NCBI GenBank assembly: GCA_036141595.1
Contig: JAYZXD010000040.1
Coordinates: 3,552 to 67,551 of the forward strand
DNA length: 64,000 nt
From: Bacteroidota bacterium
GTDB taxonomy: Bacteria; Bacteroidota; Bacteroidia; Flavobacteriales; BACL11
Direction of reading: 5' to 3'
Shown here one piece after another: positions 62,112 through 64,000 of the stretch. Below the pieces are notes generated by a model, which made no database searches, had not been told where the DNA came from, and saw nothing but the letters and a program-made list of their open reading frames with translations. A program made the translations under genes and the position numbers. Position 1 is the stretch's first letter. Each line of letters starts with the position of its first letter.

Positions 62112-63506
62112 TTATTTTGAACTTAATAATTCCGCATAATTTTGGAAAAAATAAGATATTGTTTCAATTCCCTTTAAATAATTAAAAATGCCATAATGTT
62201 CATTTGGAGAATGTATTGCGTCTGAATCTAAACCAAAGCCAAGAAGTATAGATTTCACTCCTAATTCTTTTTCAAAAAGAGCAACTATAGGTATTGAGCC
62301 CCCACTTCTCACTGGCACTGGTGTTTTTCCATAAGTTGTTTGCATAGCTAAACTAGCTGCTTTATATGCTGGAATATCTGTTGGAGAAACATAAGGTTCT
62401 CCACCATGATGAGGCTTTACCTTTACTGTTACTGATTTTGGGGCAATTTTTAAGAAATAATCTGTAAACAATTGTGTTATTTCTTCATCAGATTGATTAG
62501 GTACTAACCTCATAGATATTTTAGCAAATGCTTTAGATGGTATAACTGTTTTAGCGCCCTCACCAGTGTACCCCCCCCAAATTCCATTTACATCTAAGGT
62601 TGGTCTTATACCTGTTCGCTCCATTGTCGTAAATCCTTTCTCGCCGTGAATATCGGACAAATCTAATGCCTCCTTATACTTTTTTAAAGAAAATGGTGCT
62701 CTTGCAATATCAGCTCTTTCCTCATCAGACAAAATTTGAACTTTATCATAAAAACCAGGAATTGCAATCTGATTATTCTCGTTTTTCATTTTGCTAATCA
62801 TTTCACACAAAATATTAATCGGATTTGCTACTGCACCACCGTATAGTCCGGAATGTAAATCTCTATTAGGTCCCGTAATTTCAACTTCAAGATAACTTAA
62901 GCCCTTAAGGCCAGTAGTTATTGAAGGAGTATCATTAGCAATAATTCCTGTATCAGAAATAAGTATAGCATCACTTTGCAATTTATCTTTATTTTCTTTT
63001 ACAAAAGAAGATAAATTCTCTGAACCTACCTCTTCTTCTCCCTCAATCATAAACTTAATATTGCAAGTTAATTTATCTAAATTGTTCATTAACTCAAATG
63101 CTTTTACATGCATGTAGAACTGACCTTTATCATCACATGCACCTCTTGCAAAAATAGCTCCGCTAGGGTGTATTTTTGTTGTTTTTATAACAGGATCAAA
63201 GGGGCCGCTTTCCCACAGATCCAAAGGGTCAGCAGGCTGGACATCATAATGACCATAAATTAAAACTGTTGGTAAGTTTGGGTCAATTATCTTTTCTGCA
63301 TAAACTACTGGATAACCAGCGGTTTCACATATTTCAACATTATCTGCACCCGCACTTTTAATGCTCTTTGCAACTGCATTAGCACAATTTAAAACATCCT
63401 TACTATAGCTTGGGTCAGCAGAAATAGATGGTATTTTTAACAAATCTATCAATTCGTCAACAAATCTGTCTTTATGTTTTTCTATATAATCTTTTATTTT
63501 ACTCAT
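62112..63506 (-). CDS. M20 family dipeptidase
   Basis: YGHYDVQP, RGACDDKGQ, EGEEE, DLHSG, GGSIP, HSPNE. Confidence 0.93.
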   Translation of the reverse strand: MSKIKDYIEKHKDRFVDELIDLLKIPSISADPSYSKDVLNCANAVAKSIKSAGADNVEICETAGYPVVYAEKIIDPNLPTVLIYGHYDVQPADPLDLWESGPFDPVIKTTKIHPSGAIFARGACDDKGQFYMHVKAFELMNNLDKLTCNIKFMIEGEEEVGSENLSSFVKENKDKLQSDAILISDTGIIANDTPSITTGLKGLSYLEVEITGPNRDLHSGLYGGAVANPINILCEMISKMKNENNQIAIPGFYDKVQILSDEERADIARAPFSLKKYKEALDLSDIHGEKGFTTMERTGIRPTLDVNGIWGGYTGEGAKTVIPSKAFAKISMRLVPNQSDEEITQLFTDYFLKIAPKSVTVKVKPHHGGEPYVSPTDIPAYKAASLAMQTTYGKTPVPVRSGGSIPIVALFEKELGVKSILLGFGLDSDAIHSPNEHYGIFNYLKGIETISYFFQNYAELLSSK

Positions 63507-63509
63507 ATT

Positions 63510-64000
63510 TTATTGTGTTAAAATTTTACCTTTCATTTCATTTGGAATCTCAATACCCATTAAATTTAAAATTGTGGGTGCAATATCAGCTAATATACCA
63601 TCATTTACTTGTTTATGCTCTGTATTTATAATAAAGCATGGGACCGGATTTGTAGTGTGTGCTGTATTTGGCGACCCATCTGAATTAAGTATATATTCTG
63701 CATTTCCATGATCCGCAATAACTACAAATACATATCCATTTTTAGTTCCTGTCTCAACAACTTTTTTTAAACAACAATCTACCGATTCAATTGCTTTAAC
63801 TACCGATTTATAATTTCCAGTATGCCCAACCATATCAGGATTTGCAAAATTAATACAAATAAAATCAGCTTTTTTATTTTTAAATTCTTGAATTGTTTTC
63901 AAAGTAAGTTCTTCAGAACTCATTTCTGGTAGCAAGTCATATGTAGCTACTTTTGGAGAATCCACCATAATTCTTTTTTCAAAATTAAACTTTTCTTCAC
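63510..64000 (-). CDS. gpmI: 2,3-bisphosphoglycerate-independent phosphoglycerate mutase, 5' part outside window
   Basis: SPKVATYDL.PEMS, NFANPDMVGHTG, ADHGNAE, HTTNPVP; frame open to the window edge. Confidence 0.95.
   Translation of the reverse strand, partial: EEKFNFEKRIMVDSPKVATYDLLPEMSSEELTLKTIQEFKNKKADFICINFANPDMVGHTGNYKSVVKAIESVDCCLKKVVETGTKNGYVFVVIADHGNAEYILNSDGSPNTAHTTNPVPCFIINTEHKQVNDGILADIAPTILNLMGIEIPNEMKGKILTQ

Noticed and set aside
2043-63631. Other 60-125 aa ORFs nested in or antisense to larger genes (e.g. 3493..3789, 22559..22912, 33559..33933, 42149..42484, 55673..55996, 61191..61559)
   Set aside because: Overlap well-supported genes and show no recognisable motifs

Overview
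AT-rich (about 30% GC by eye), very densely coded chromosomal segment of a Bacteroidota bacterium, most likely a streamlined Flavobacteriales. This assignment is inferred from TAnnTTTG promoter boxes, no obvious Shine-Dalgarno sites, T9SS C-terminal domains and Bacteroidota-type gene order. Most of the window is housekeeping: an Fe-S/ferredoxin module, sucAB, rplM-rpsI-rpsB-tsf-pyrH-frr, kbl, gdhA, kdsB, ispG, purT, ribE, pepA, pdxA, yceD-rpmF-plsX-fabH-accBC, acs, pyrC, tyrS, gpmI and tRNA-Ser(GGA). I saw no integrase, transposase, prophage or CRISPR array. The most notable items are: (1) a SusD-less operon of lamin-tail T9SS protein, TonB-dependent receptor and OB-fold/Fn3/double-HKD PLD T9SS protein, a candidate extracellular nucleic-acid scavenging system; (2) sucA interrupted by one in-frame TAA at a conserved Glu; (3) a 6S-Flavo-like RNA just upstream of ribE; (4) a structured rpsB leader that can sequester the start codon; (5) repeated promoter-N4/5-start spacing suggesting leaderless mRNAs; (6) an envelope cluster (MBOAT, two SGNH, CotH, YARHG with a T14 tract) next to the tRNA; (7) a small Cys-rich lipoprotein between pyrC and DUF4296. 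All family calls come from motif recognition by eye, not database searches.
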